Below are positions 17,844 to 26,956 of a stretch of 27,173 bases of DNA, in pieces. Origin of the DNA: Thermoproteota archaeon. GTDB taxonomy: Archaea; Korarchaeota; Korarchaeia; Korarchaeales; Korarchaeaceae. The DNA lies in NCBI GenBank assembly GCA_015522685.1, contig WALU01000045.1, positions 1-27,173 on the forward strand. Reading direction: 5' to 3'. Under the pieces are notes generated by a model, which worked only from the letters and a program-made list of their open reading frames with translations, had not been told where the DNA came from and searched no databases. Both the position numbers and the translations under genes were made by a program. The stretch's first letter is position 1. The number at the start of each line of letters is the position of its first letter.

Positions 17844-19721
17844 CTACCCTCCTTTCCTCAAAATTTCAGTTATTTCCCTAACTCTGAAGCCCTCCAAATT
17901 TAGGCTCTTAGCTGCATCATTTAGCATCGCGTAACAAAATGGACAAGCAACCACCAGCTCTTTAGCTCCAGAGTCAAGGGCTTCCCTAACTCTTTCTTTT
18001 GCCATAGTGCTCTCTCCTATTTGATACCAATAATTGGCTCCGCCTCCACCGCAACAGAATGTATCTTTCCCATGCCTTGGCATCTCCCTAAATCCATCTA
18101 CATGCCTCAAGATCTCTCTCGGCTCCTCTATTATTCCATTAAATCTGGCTAGATTACAGGGGTCATGGAATGTAATCTCGCCTTTCTTCTCAGCCTCTAA
18201 CTTTCCTTCCTTTACTAAACTAGAGAGCAGTTCTACATGAGATATTACTTTGACGCTCCAATCCCTCACTATCCTAGGATACTCATGCTTAAAGACGGTT
18301 AAGCCGTGAGGGCATATCACAAGGAGCTTCTTTACTCCTAATTCCTTAAACAGCTCTGCATTTGCTAGAGCATACTCTTGAAACATGCCTTCCTCTCCCA
18401 ATCTCCTAGCTGGTTCTCCGCAGCAGGTTTCCATCTCTCCAAAAGCTGCAATCTTAATCCCAGTGCTTCTCAGTAAATCAACTAGCTTTGTTACGATCTT
18501 CCTACCTACGGGATCAAAGGAATACTGGCAGCCTACCCAAATATAATAATCTGGATCTTCATCGCTCTTAAGCCAGCTTAACCTTCCCCTCTGGGGGACT
18601 GAGAGGGCATTATGATATCTTCTTAATCCATTAAGAAGCTCCCTCATTTTCTTATCTATCCTTCCCTCAGATACTAAGGAGCGTCTCCTTTCCATCAAGT
18701 ATGAGAATGGACTTATGTAATTTGGGCATGCAGATACACATGCACCGCAAGAGACGCAGGACCAGACGGTCTCATCACCTAGCTCGTATTCTCTCTCTAA
18801 AATTGCCTGCTTCAGTCCTGATACAACATCCTTAGGAGAGAGGGGCTTGCCAGTTGCATAAGCTGGGCATGCCTCTGTACAGCGGCCGCACTTCACACAT
18901 GCAGCCAAGGCGTACTTCTCATACCAAGGTATATCTTTAGCTTCTTGGAAACCCAGCTTTACCTCCTCGAGATTCTCTAACTCTTCCAGTAGGAATGGCT
19001 CTCTTGGGAATTTGACAAGGTCGCTCCCTAGAGAAGAGGTGATTATTGCTATTAGAGAATGGAGAAGATTGCTATAGGGTAGATAAGCTACCATGGAGAA
19101 TGCCGTTAGAGCATGGCTCCACCAGATCCACGGATAAAATGGGAGCATGTAAGGCCCAACCATGCCAGATATCAGGTATCCTATGAAAGAGTAAGGACTA
19201 GCAGCATTTGGATGGGCGTAAATTCTCATGGATTCAAGAAGGAAGCCGGTAATTCCTATATATAGGAGGCCTAACAGTAAAGCTTTTCCTTCATTATCTC
19301 TCGTGGAGAAGAAGGCTAATATCCCTATGAGGAGAATAAGGCCAAATAGATCCATTATTAATTCGAATGCTGAGTAAGTTCCATCGAAAAGCAGCCTTAT
19401 ACCAAAATGAGCCAAAATATCAGTTTCTAGAAAAACTGTTAAGGTTCCCAGGAGGAGAACGAAGATCCCAATAAATAAGAGAAGATGGGGTATGCCTCTC
19501 GGTTGCTCAACAACTCTCTTTTGGCTGAACACCCTGATGAGGCCTCTTTTTACCTTCCCCACATTAAGTTGCAATAAAGCCTTATCAAGTTCAAATTTCT
19601 CAGTAATTCTCCATAGGCCATAGCAGAAAATCAGGGTAAATGGAATCAGTATGAGATACATAGCTAACTGGGTCCATCCCGGAAGTAAAGGAAAGCTTTC
19701 CCTAATTAGCAAGAGAGCCAC
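17844..19721 (-). CDS. Membrane-bound Fe-S oxidoreductase, HdrF/FadF/EMO-like (cytochrome b-like TM domain + 2x[4Fe-4S] + two CCG domains)
   Basis: Hydrophobic N-terminus with His in TM segments; CVKCGRCTEACP, CVSCGACVSACP, ETCCGEP, HDPCNL, FCCGGGG, CPFC. Confidence 0.88.
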   Translation of the reverse strand: MALLLIRESFPLLPGWTQLAMYLILIPFTLIFCYGLWRITEKFELDKALLQLNVGKVKRGLIRVFSQKRVVEQPRGIPHLLLFIGIFVLLLGTLTVFLETDILAHFGIRLLFDGTYSAFELIMDLFGLILLIGILAFFSTRDNEGKALLLGLLYIGITGFLLESMRIYAHPNAASPYSFIGYLISGMVGPYMLPFYPWIWWSHALTAFSMVAYLPYSNLLHSLIAIITSSLGSDLVKFPREPFLLEELENLEEVKLGFQEAKDIPWYEKYALAACVKCGRCTEACPAYATGKPLSPKDVVSGLKQAILEREYELGDETVWSCVSCGACVSACPNYISPFSYLMERRRSLVSEGRIDKKMRELLNGLRRYHNALSVPQRGRLSWLKSDEDPDYYIWVGCQYSFDPVGRKIVTKLVDLLRSTGIKIAAFGEMETCCGEPARRLGEEGMFQEYALANAELFKELGVKKLLVICPHGLTVFKHEYPRIVRDWSVKVISHVELLSSLVKEGKLEAEKKGEITFHDPCNLARFNGIIEEPREILRHVDGFREMPRHGKDTFCCGGGGANYWYQIGESTMAKERVREALDSGAKELVVACPFCYAMLNDAAKSLNLEGFRVREITEILRKGG

Positions 19722-19773
19722 CTGCTTAGGACACTAGAATGCATTTTTTATTTTTTCATAATCACGATAAGCG
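19722..19773. promoter_or_regulatory. Compact 52-bp divergent promoter region
   Basis: Central TTTTTTATTTTTT tract about 20-30 bp from both start codons. Confidence 0.45.
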
Positions 19774-21054
19774 GTGAAGCACTTGGAAGCGGATGTGCTA
19801 GTTGTAGGAGCTGGTATACTAGGTTTAGCTACCGCATACAACATCCTAAGGATTAACCCGAAGACTAGCGTCCTTATAGTTGATAAAACGGGAGATGTTG
19901 GTCAGGGTGCAACAGCAAAAAGCGCTGCTGGCTTTAGGGCGGAGTTATTCACCTCCCCCACTAATCAAATGCTTTCAAACACCTCAGTAAACTTTTATCT
20001 TCATGCTCAGAAGGAGGAGGGTTACGACTTAGGTATAGAACTGGTTGGCTATCTCATCTTGAGAAGCAGGGATCAATTTGAAGAGATAGCCGATATCGCT
20101 AACCTCCTTGAGAAGAAAGGAGCCTTAAAGATCTATAGAAAAGAGGAGTTGAAGAATCTACTGAAGATGAACTATGAATTTGATGGCGACGAAGAGGCAG
20201 AGTTACTGGGGGTCAAGAATATAGATTATGGCTTATTTGGGATAAAATGTGGTTATATAGATGCTGATAAGCTTGCTTACTATTATAGAGATAAGATAAA
20301 AGAGATGGAAGGAAACTTCCAGTTTAACACGAAGGTTGAGAAGATAATAGTTGAACCCGAGGTAAAGCTGGGCATCCCTAGGGAGCCGAGAGCATGGCAA
20401 AAGGTAAGATTTACTGGAATTGAGACAAATAAAGGTTTCATTAAAGCAAAAAATTTGGTTATAGCTGCAGGAGGATGGACGAATCAGCTTTTAGATTCAA
20501 TAGGAATTGATTGTATATCTAAGCCTAAGAAAAGGCAAATTTTCACCTTTAGACCCAAGACCGAGGAGCAGAAGGCTCTACTGAATACAAAGGGTTTTAG
20601 CGAGGAAGGCATACTGCCCTTCACATTCCTCCCAACAGGCCACTATATAAGGGCCGATAAAAGGGATGGAACATTCTGGTTCAGCTATTCCGATGAGATG
20701 AGGCCTTTCTCAACAGATGACAAACCTGAAGAGAAGTATTATTACGATAACATATATCCGATAATAGTAAAGTACTTCCCACAGCTAGAAGGCGCCAGAA
20801 TTGATAACATGTGGGCTGGCCTCTACATGATTAACTCTGTAGATCACAATCCAGTGGTATTCAAGAGATCTAATATGGTTGTGGCGACTGGTGCGAGTGG
20901 AAGTGGTATACTAAAAGGAGATGCTATAGGAAGAATAGCTGCAGCTTTAGTTTACAATGAACCATATGCAAACCTATTTGAAGGTGAGGAAATATCCTCC
21001 AGCAAGCTAGAAGTTATCGGAAGATCCCTTGAGGTTGAGAAGTTTGTCTTCTGA
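19774..21054 (+). CDS. FAD-dependent oxidoreductase (DAO family), most like Aeropyrum/Pyrobaculum single-subunit dye-linked L-proline dehydrogenase
   Basis: GAGILG Rossmann motif; EEAELLGV, DADKLAYYY, LGIPREPRAWQ, KPKKRQIF, GSGILKGDAIGRIAAA and C-terminal ExFVF match my recollection of A. pernix ProDH. Confidence 0.8.
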   Translation: MKHLEADVLVVGAGILGLATAYNILRINPKTSVLIVDKTGDVGQGATAKSAAGFRAELFTSPTNQMLSNTSVNFYLHAQKEEGYDLGIELVGYLILRSRDQFEEIADIANLLEKKGALKIYRKEELKNLLKMNYEFDGDEEAELLGVKNIDYGLFGIKCGYIDADKLAYYYRDKIKEMEGNFQFNTKVEKIIVEPEVKLGIPREPRAWQKVRFTGIETNKGFIKAKNLVIAAGGWTNQLLDSIGIDCISKPKKRQIFTFRPKTEEQKALLNTKGFSEEGILPFTFLPTGHYIRADKRDGTFWFSYSDEMRPFSTDDKPEEKYYYDNIYPIIVKYFPQLEGARIDNMWAGLYMINSVDHNPVVFKRSNMVVATGASGSGILKGDAIGRIAAALVYNEPYANLFEGEEISSSKLEVIGRSLEVEKFVF

Positions 21055-21564
21055 TAGACTTGCTGAGATAGACTTACTGAAATTGTTTCTCCTCATCCTT
21101 TTTACATAAGAGAAATATAATATGGATGCTACAAATTTAACAGCCGAAATCTTGAGTGGATGTCTAATACTAGAGTATATAAAATGAAAAGAAGCAAGCA
21201 TCATAATAAAGAAGGTGATTGTGGAGAGAAGATAGCTCAGGATCTCGCTAGGCATATGCCATGAGTCAAATCCCCTAAAGCTAGTAAGTACGCGAATTTC
21301 TTAATGGAAACAGTAAAAGAACCTATGAACGGATAACTCCTTTCTTGCACTATATTTTAAAACAGAATAATGCCGCAGGACACTTCTTTCATTTCCGTTA
21401 GCCCAGCTCGGTATATGAGCGAAATCTCTATTCAGAGAGATAAAGCTTAGCGGTTGATGTATTTATACCGTGCCTCGCATACCAATTAGCTGTAACGAGT
21501 ATGTAAGACTCGTCTATCCCACCAATAAGAATATATAGCACTACCTCTTTCAATACCGATATGC

Positions 21565-22251
21565 ATGAACAAGGTTTTAATAGTTACAGCGGTAACCATC
21601 GTCGTTTTGTTTATAGCAGGACTGTTTTTCCTTACTGAAATGAGCAACATATCCAATAAGGCTTCCTTTAAAGATAGATATTCCTCGATAGATAAGCTTA
21701 CTTTCTCTATAGGCAAGGGAAGCATTCTTAAGCAGGCTTTCAAGGTATATCTATCTTACAAGAATAAGAGCAGGGAAGTGCAGAGAGCTAACAAGACCGT
21801 TACTGTAAAAGACTTTTCTTGGCCTAAATATCATATGTGTATAGCTGAGAACAAGTCTATCCAAAATAAAGGTTGCTATGATATCCCGTTTACGTTAGTG
21901 GCCTTGCCTAAGGAACTTATAGGTGTAGATTCAGTAGATGTTCCACTATCACTCGGTAAGGTATCATCCATCACCCTGAAGTATTATGGAAGGACAAACA
22001 TCGATATGCCGTGGGGATCGCAGGTAGTGGCTAATTATACGAACCTATCTATAGGATATCCCCGAACGGGTATGAATACTACAACCCTCGCATACTTCAA
22101 CTATAAGGAAGGATACCTTGTTAAGATAGAGGTGAGTGTGACGAATGGAAACCTGACTTCAACAGCCATTTTCCAGCTTATGGAGCCTCCGCAACTGTAT
22201 GCTCCAATTCAGATTAAAAAACCGGAAAAATGGATATGGGGAGAGGGTTAA
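21565..22251 (+). CDS. Hypothetical membrane-anchored or secreted protein
   Basis: 228-aa ORF, N-terminal hydrophobic helix, several NxS/T sequons; no recognised family. Confidence 0.7.
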   Translation: MNKVLIVTAVTIVVLFIAGLFFLTEMSNISNKASFKDRYSSIDKLTFSIGKGSILKQAFKVYLSYKNKSREVQRANKTVTVKDFSWPKYHMCIAENKSIQNKGCYDIPFTLVALPKELIGVDSVDVPLSLGKVSSITLKYYGRTNIDMPWGSQVVANYTNLSIGYPRTGMNTTTLAYFNYKEGYLVKIEVSVTNGNLTSTAIFQLMEPPQLYAPIQIKKPEKWIWGEG

Positions 22252-22548
22252 TTAGCAGGTATATCCTATTTATCTAATTTATCACCAGCATGATCACCGA
22301 AATGAAAAGCATTTAGTAATTAGAGACTAATAACAAGCGAAATGTAGGATGATACTCGAGACAATAGCTCTATTCTAAAGTAATTTATCTAATAAATATC
22401 TATTCGATTCGATGAGCTACCCATTAATCCGGTGGCTCTAGTAGGCGAATAATGAACTTAAGGACCTTAAAAGGAAGATAGCTCAGATACATAAGGTAGA
22501 ATTCGTTCAGATCCCCCTGTTAATCCTCGTAGAATATTTTCTTAAGGA

Positions 22549-22569
22549 AATCAACCTAATCAACCTAAT
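22549..22569. repeat. 9-bp tandem duplication AATCAACCT x2.3
   Basis: AATCAACCT AATCAACCT AAT read directly. Confidence 0.7.
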
Positions 22570-22608
22570 GGAAGATGAATTGAGGCAAAATATGGAAATA
22601 CCGATTGG

Positions 22609-24060
22609 TTAAAGGAGTTCTTTCATCATATAAAATGATCCACTCACCTTTCTATAGCCAAGCTTCCTGAAGTATTCTCTAGCACCTACACCAGATATAA
22701 CAATAATTCTCCTATGATGGAGCTCCTCCCTAGCTATTCTCTCGGCCTCGCTCACCAGCCACCTACCATATCCCCTGTGCTGAGCTTCCTCCTCGGGCAT
22801 CTCTCCGACTGGAAGTTGAGGCCCATAAACGTGAACTTCTCTTATTAGAGAGGTCCTCTCATCTACTTCCCATCTATGAGCCAACGGAGATGGATCTCTC
22901 AACCGAAGGAGGCCCATCAGGACATTATTGCCATCCACGATTGAGAGGAAGAATTCAGTCCCTCCACTGGCCTCATACTCTACTCTCTTTAACCTTACTG
23001 AATCATACTTCGGTTTTAATCCTCTATATGCTACTCTTCCAACTTCTCTAAATCTTATCTCTCTTATTCTAATGCCTTCCCTCCAGAGAGAATCCTCTAC
23101 TATCTGCCTTAGGTTCCTCCTCTTGGGGCCAGCCATTATGTACTCCTCAGGTATATCTCTCTGGATATGCTGAAGTCTTACCCATTCGGGGATAATTCTC
23201 AAAGCTTTCATGAGGAACTCTACAGTTTCTTCCTCAGTAAGTGCATCATATTCTCCTCTCTTCCACATTGCGTAAAGGGGAGTACCTTCCATGACCAAAG
23301 TAGGGTATATCTTCAACATATCCGGCCTAAATCTCGGATCCTCAAATATGAGCTTTAGAGCCTCTAAATCCCTATCAAGATCGCTGCTAGGGAGTCCAAG
23401 CATCAGGTGATAGCCTACCTTGTAAGCAGAATCCTTCAAGATTCTAGTTGCTTCAATGGAATCTTTCACCATATGACCTCTTCTAACTCTCTCTAAGACG
23501 TCATCAAATGGAGACTGAACACCTATCTCTACCCTAGTAAAACCTAGATAAAGCATCTTATCTATATGATTCTCCTTCGCCCAATCTGGTCTAGTCTCCA
23601 AGGTTAATGCAACACACCTAACACCGGACCTCTCATTTATCTCATGAGCTTCTAAGAGACTCTTAGAGGGAGCTGATGAGTAAAAAGAGTTCATTGCATC
23701 AAAAGCTCTCTTAATGAACCACTCCTGATATGTAAACGGTTGGGCATTGAAAGTCCCTCCCATTGTGATGAGCTCTACTTTCGATGGTTTGAAGCCAGCA
23801 TTAATGAAATCGTTCAGCCTCTCTTTAACTTGAAGATATGGATCGTATCCAAGTCTTCTCCCCCTGACCACTACAGGGCTCCTATCAACATAGCTCTGTG
23901 GAGTATCAACACCTCCCGGGCAGTATATGCACCTGCCATGGGGACAGGGATATGGCCTAGCAACTATGGAAACGACAGCAACTCCCGAGGCTAGCCTAGA
24001 TCTCCTAATTTTCTTCTTCCTTTCTCCTTTTTTTAGTTTCTGCATCCCATTAAGATTCAC
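22609..24060 (-). CDS. elp3: tRNA uridine(34) acetyltransferase Elp3 (radical SAM + KAT)
   Basis: CPHGRCIYC, MGGTF, ETRPD, LKIYPT, QRDIP, REVHVYG, QHRGYG, ISGVGAREYF. Confidence 0.95.
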   Translation of the reverse strand: MNLNGMQKLKKGERKKKIRRSRLASGVAVVSIVARPYPCPHGRCIYCPGGVDTPQSYVDRSPVVVRGRRLGYDPYLQVKERLNDFINAGFKPSKVELITMGGTFNAQPFTYQEWFIKRAFDAMNSFYSSAPSKSLLEAHEINERSGVRCVALTLETRPDWAKENHIDKMLYLGFTRVEIGVQSPFDDVLERVRRGHMVKDSIEATRILKDSAYKVGYHLMLGLPSSDLDRDLEALKLIFEDPRFRPDMLKIYPTLVMEGTPLYAMWKRGEYDALTEEETVEFLMKALRIIPEWVRLQHIQRDIPEEYIMAGPKRRNLRQIVEDSLWREGIRIREIRFREVGRVAYRGLKPKYDSVRLKRVEYEASGGTEFFLSIVDGNNVLMGLLRLRDPSPLAHRWEVDERTSLIREVHVYGPQLPVGEMPEEEAQHRGYGRWLVSEAERIAREELHHRRIIVISGVGAREYFRKLGYRKVSGSFYMMKELL

Positions 24061-24078
24061 TGCTTGGATTAAAAGATC

Positions 24079-25461
24079 TTACTCTTCAACCGACTCCCTA
24101 GCTAGCCTGAGGAGATTCTCCTCAGCTTCCTTCTTCTCCCTCTCATACTCAGTTAGCTTTTCAATATCATCCTGAAGAAACTTCTTTCTGGAAGAAATTT
24201 CCCTTCTCAGTATATCTAAGTTAGATCCCCCTCTCTCTCTAGATCTAAGGACTTCCTCAAAGCTAGGAAGTTCTAATCCTAGTGATTTAGCTGCTCTCTC
24301 TATATCCCATTCGCTCTCCTTAAGCGCTGAGGCAAGCATGGAATGAGCTTCCCTGTAAGTAATACTCCTCTCCTTCACTAGCTTCTCTGCAAGATCCTGA
24401 GCTAAAGTAGATGGTATATCAAGTCCTATGAACCTCACCCTCTTAAATAGATCAGCTAAAACTCTGATGGAGTCAGAAGCTTCATCTACCGCTGACATGG
24501 ATTCATTAGCCTCTTGTAGATCTAAGTTGTAGCCACTGGGTAATCCCTTAATGATGGCCATTAGAGATGTTAGAGAACCTATAATCTCGGCTGATTTCGC
24601 TCTGACTATCTCTAACGTTACGGGGTTCCTCTTTTGAGGCATTATACTACTGGTAGATACGTGATCATTCGGAATCTCGACGAGTTTGAACTGGGGTGTT
24701 GACCATATTATAAGGTCCTCAGCAACTCGACTCATCGATACCATTAGTGATGTTACAGAACTAAGGGAGAGTATTGCGAAGGATCTGCTCCCAGTCGCCA
24801 GTAGTGTATTTACTTCAACACCTGCAAATCCTAAGAGATCGGCTAGCCTCTTCCTATCTAAAGGAAGAGAGCTTCCAACTATAGGGCCTGATCCCAAGGG
24901 AGAGAGATCTACCATCTCCTTCAAGATATCCCAGATCATCCTCCAGTGATGGGAGCATTCATCTTCAATATACAGGAGGTAATGAGCAACTGTCGAGGGC
25001 TGGGCTGGCCGAAGATGAGTGAATAAAGGGATATCTACATCGAGGTTTTTCTCAGCAGTCTCCAAAAGAGAAGACCTAAGCATGTTTATCTCCCAAAGAA
25101 GGCGAATAATCTTCCACCTCAGCGTCAATCTCAGAGCAGTGGCCACCTGATCATTTCTGCTCTTTCCATAGGCAAGCCAACCAGCATTCTTACCAGCATT
25201 CTTGAGCAACCACTCCTCTAATGCCTCATGAACATCCTCATAATTTCCTGATAGAATCTCACTCTCCTCATCAAGGGCCTTCAGAAGCCATGCCATTACG
25301 CTGTTAGAATCCCTTGGAATTAACTCCTTCTCCCATAAGTGATAAAAATGGGCTAGGGCAGTTAGGATAACTGCCCTAAACAGGGGTTCATCCTTATCCA
25401 AAGATGAGGTAAAACTGGTTAACCACTCTGGCTGATCTCCTAAACTAGACTTTCTGTACAC
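24079..25461 (-). CDS. argH: Argininosuccinate lyase
   Basis: EDVH, SRNDQVAT, THLRPAQP, SSIMPQKRNP, YNLDLQE. Confidence 0.95.
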   Translation of the reverse strand: MYRKSSLGDQPEWLTSFTSSLDKDEPLFRAVILTALAHFYHLWEKELIPRDSNSVMAWLLKALDEESEILSGNYEDVHEALEEWLLKNAGKNAGWLAYGKSRNDQVATALRLTLRWKIIRLLWEINMLRSSLLETAEKNLDVDIPLFTHLRPAQPSTVAHYLLYIEDECSHHWRMIWDILKEMVDLSPLGSGPIVGSSLPLDRKRLADLLGFAGVEVNTLLATGSRSFAILSLSSVTSLMVSMSRVAEDLIIWSTPQFKLVEIPNDHVSTSSIMPQKRNPVTLEIVRAKSAEIIGSLTSLMAIIKGLPSGYNLDLQEANESMSAVDEASDSIRVLADLFKRVRFIGLDIPSTLAQDLAEKLVKERSITYREAHSMLASALKESEWDIERAAKSLGLELPSFEEVLRSRERGGSNLDILRREISSRKKFLQDDIEKLTEYEREKKEAEENLLRLARESVEE

Positions 25462-26653
25462 CTTCCCTCGCCGCCCTTGCTATCAGAGTGTGAAGTCCCC
25501 ATGCCTGAATAAACCCTCTAGCCTCCTCATCGGATGGATACCAACCTTTATCATAGCCAGCAATATTTAGACTGTAAGCTGCATATTTAGATCTCCTACC
25601 GACAACGCTAACGCTGCCCTTATAGAACTTCAGCTTCACTTCTCCATCCACTACTTGATTCATCTTAGCTATCATCTCCTCTAAGCTCTTTCTAAGAGGA
25701 TCTCCCCATAGCCCTTCGTATACTAGATTAGTCCATTCTCTGTCTGCAAACTCCTTGAATTGAAGCTCTCTCCTAGTCAATATCATCTTCTCTAAATCCT
25801 TGTGGGCTTTCAGTATGGCGCTCGCTGCTGGGGCCTCATAGACTTCTCTGCTCTTGAATCCTATTATCCTACTCTCCATGTGATCTATCCTACCAATGCC
25901 ATGCTTCCCAGCTAGCCAGTTCAGCTGAGATATTATGCTGATGGTATCCATCTCTACATCATTCAAGGCTCTAGGCACTCCCTCCTTAAACTTCAGTGTT
26001 ATGTATTGAGGCTCCCTAGATGCCCTCACTGGATCTACCGTCCACTCGAAAACTTCCTCTGGTGGTTCATTCCAAGGATCCTCAAGCAATCCTCCCTCAA
26101 TACTCCTTCCCCAGAGGTTCTGATCTATCGAGTACTTGCTATGGCTTTCAGGTATCTTAAGCCCTCTAGATTTGGCATATTCCACCTCTTGCTGCCTAGT
26201 CCAACGCCATATCCTAGTAGGAGCTATTACCTTCAGCTTAGGATTTAGAGCTCTCACAGTTATATCAAACCTTACCTGATCATTTCCCTTAGAAGTGCAT
26301 CCATGCGCAACAGCATCAGCTTTTTCCTTCTCTGCTATCTCCACAAGCTTGCTCGAGATCAAAGGTCTTGAGAGAGCACTTGATAGAGGATACTCTTCCT
26401 CATATTTGGCATTTGCTCTTATGGCGGGTATTACATAACCCGAGACGAACTCGCTCTTCAGGTCGAGGCCATAATGCTTAGAAGATCCTGACTCACAAGC
26501 CCTCCTCTCAGCATCCTTGAGATCTATACCCTGACCTACATCTGCTGTGAAGGTAACTACATCTACGCCCTGCTCCGTGAACCACTTTATTGCTACTGTA
26601 GTATCAAGGCCACCAGAATAAGCTAGAACGACCTTAGAGACTTCTTCATTCAA
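25445..26653 (-). CDS. argG: Argininosuccinate synthase
   Basis: VLAYSGGLDT, HGCTSKGNDQVRF, YSIDQNLWGRSIE, KSREVYEAP. Confidence 0.97.
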   Translation of the reverse strand: MNEEVSKVVLAYSGGLDTTVAIKWFTEQGVDVVTFTADVGQGIDLKDAERRACESGSSKHYGLDLKSEFVSGYVIPAIRANAKYEEEYPLSSALSRPLISSKLVEIAEKEKADAVAHGCTSKGNDQVRFDITVRALNPKLKVIAPTRIWRWTRQQEVEYAKSRGLKIPESHSKYSIDQNLWGRSIEGGLLEDPWNEPPEEVFEWTVDPVRASREPQYITLKFKEGVPRALNDVEMDTISIISQLNWLAGKHGIGRIDHMESRIIGFKSREVYEAPAASAILKAHKDLEKMILTRRELQFKEFADREWTNLVYEGLWGDPLRKSLEEMIAKMNQVVDGEVKLKFYKGSVSVVGRRSKYAAYSLNIAGYDKGWYPSDEEARGFIQAWGLHTLIARAAREGVQKV

Positions 26654-26684
26654 TGGGGGAATATCCGGTAACGCGCACTACTCA

Positions 26685-26716
26685 CCTTGCGGTCTCGCAA
26701 GGGGTTAAGTTATAAA
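26685..26716 (-). promoter_or_regulatory. argG promoter: TATA box plus perfect 7-bp inverted repeat
   Basis: TTTATAA on minus strand at 26710-26716; CCTTGCG-gtct-CGCAAGG at 26685-26702. Confidence 0.55.
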
Positions 26717-26956
26717 GTTACCTCCTTATGCCTCTACCAGACTCAGAAATGCATCTCAGGGGAGTATTGCAAGGATTGATCGGCATAAACACTTACATTT
26801 GAATAAAATACTCTAAGCTAAAGATTCTAAGCATCCTCACTTTATATTATATTTTAATCAAGATCTTCCATATCCTTTTAAGTTGCAACAGCTACCTTTA
26901 AATCGGAGGTCTCGAAGCCGCTAAATATTAGATGGGAAAATAGAAAATATACTCAC

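Noticed and set aside
21007-21420. 82-aa hydrophobic minus-strand ORF and upstream fragments
   Set aside because: Overlaps the ProDH 3' end and has no recognisable family; at most a decayed membrane gene.
22445-22612. Open plus-strand frame LKDLKRKIAQIHKVEFVQIP...
   Set aside because: No convincing start codon or motif; cannot be assigned.
210-26248. Many short antisense or overlapping ORFs in the track (e.g. 210-584, 4826-5107, 8189-8494, 13825-14118, 17288-17473, 21486-21743, 26006-26248)
   Set aside because: They are shadows of well-supported genes or pseudogenes on the opposite strand and carry no motifs.
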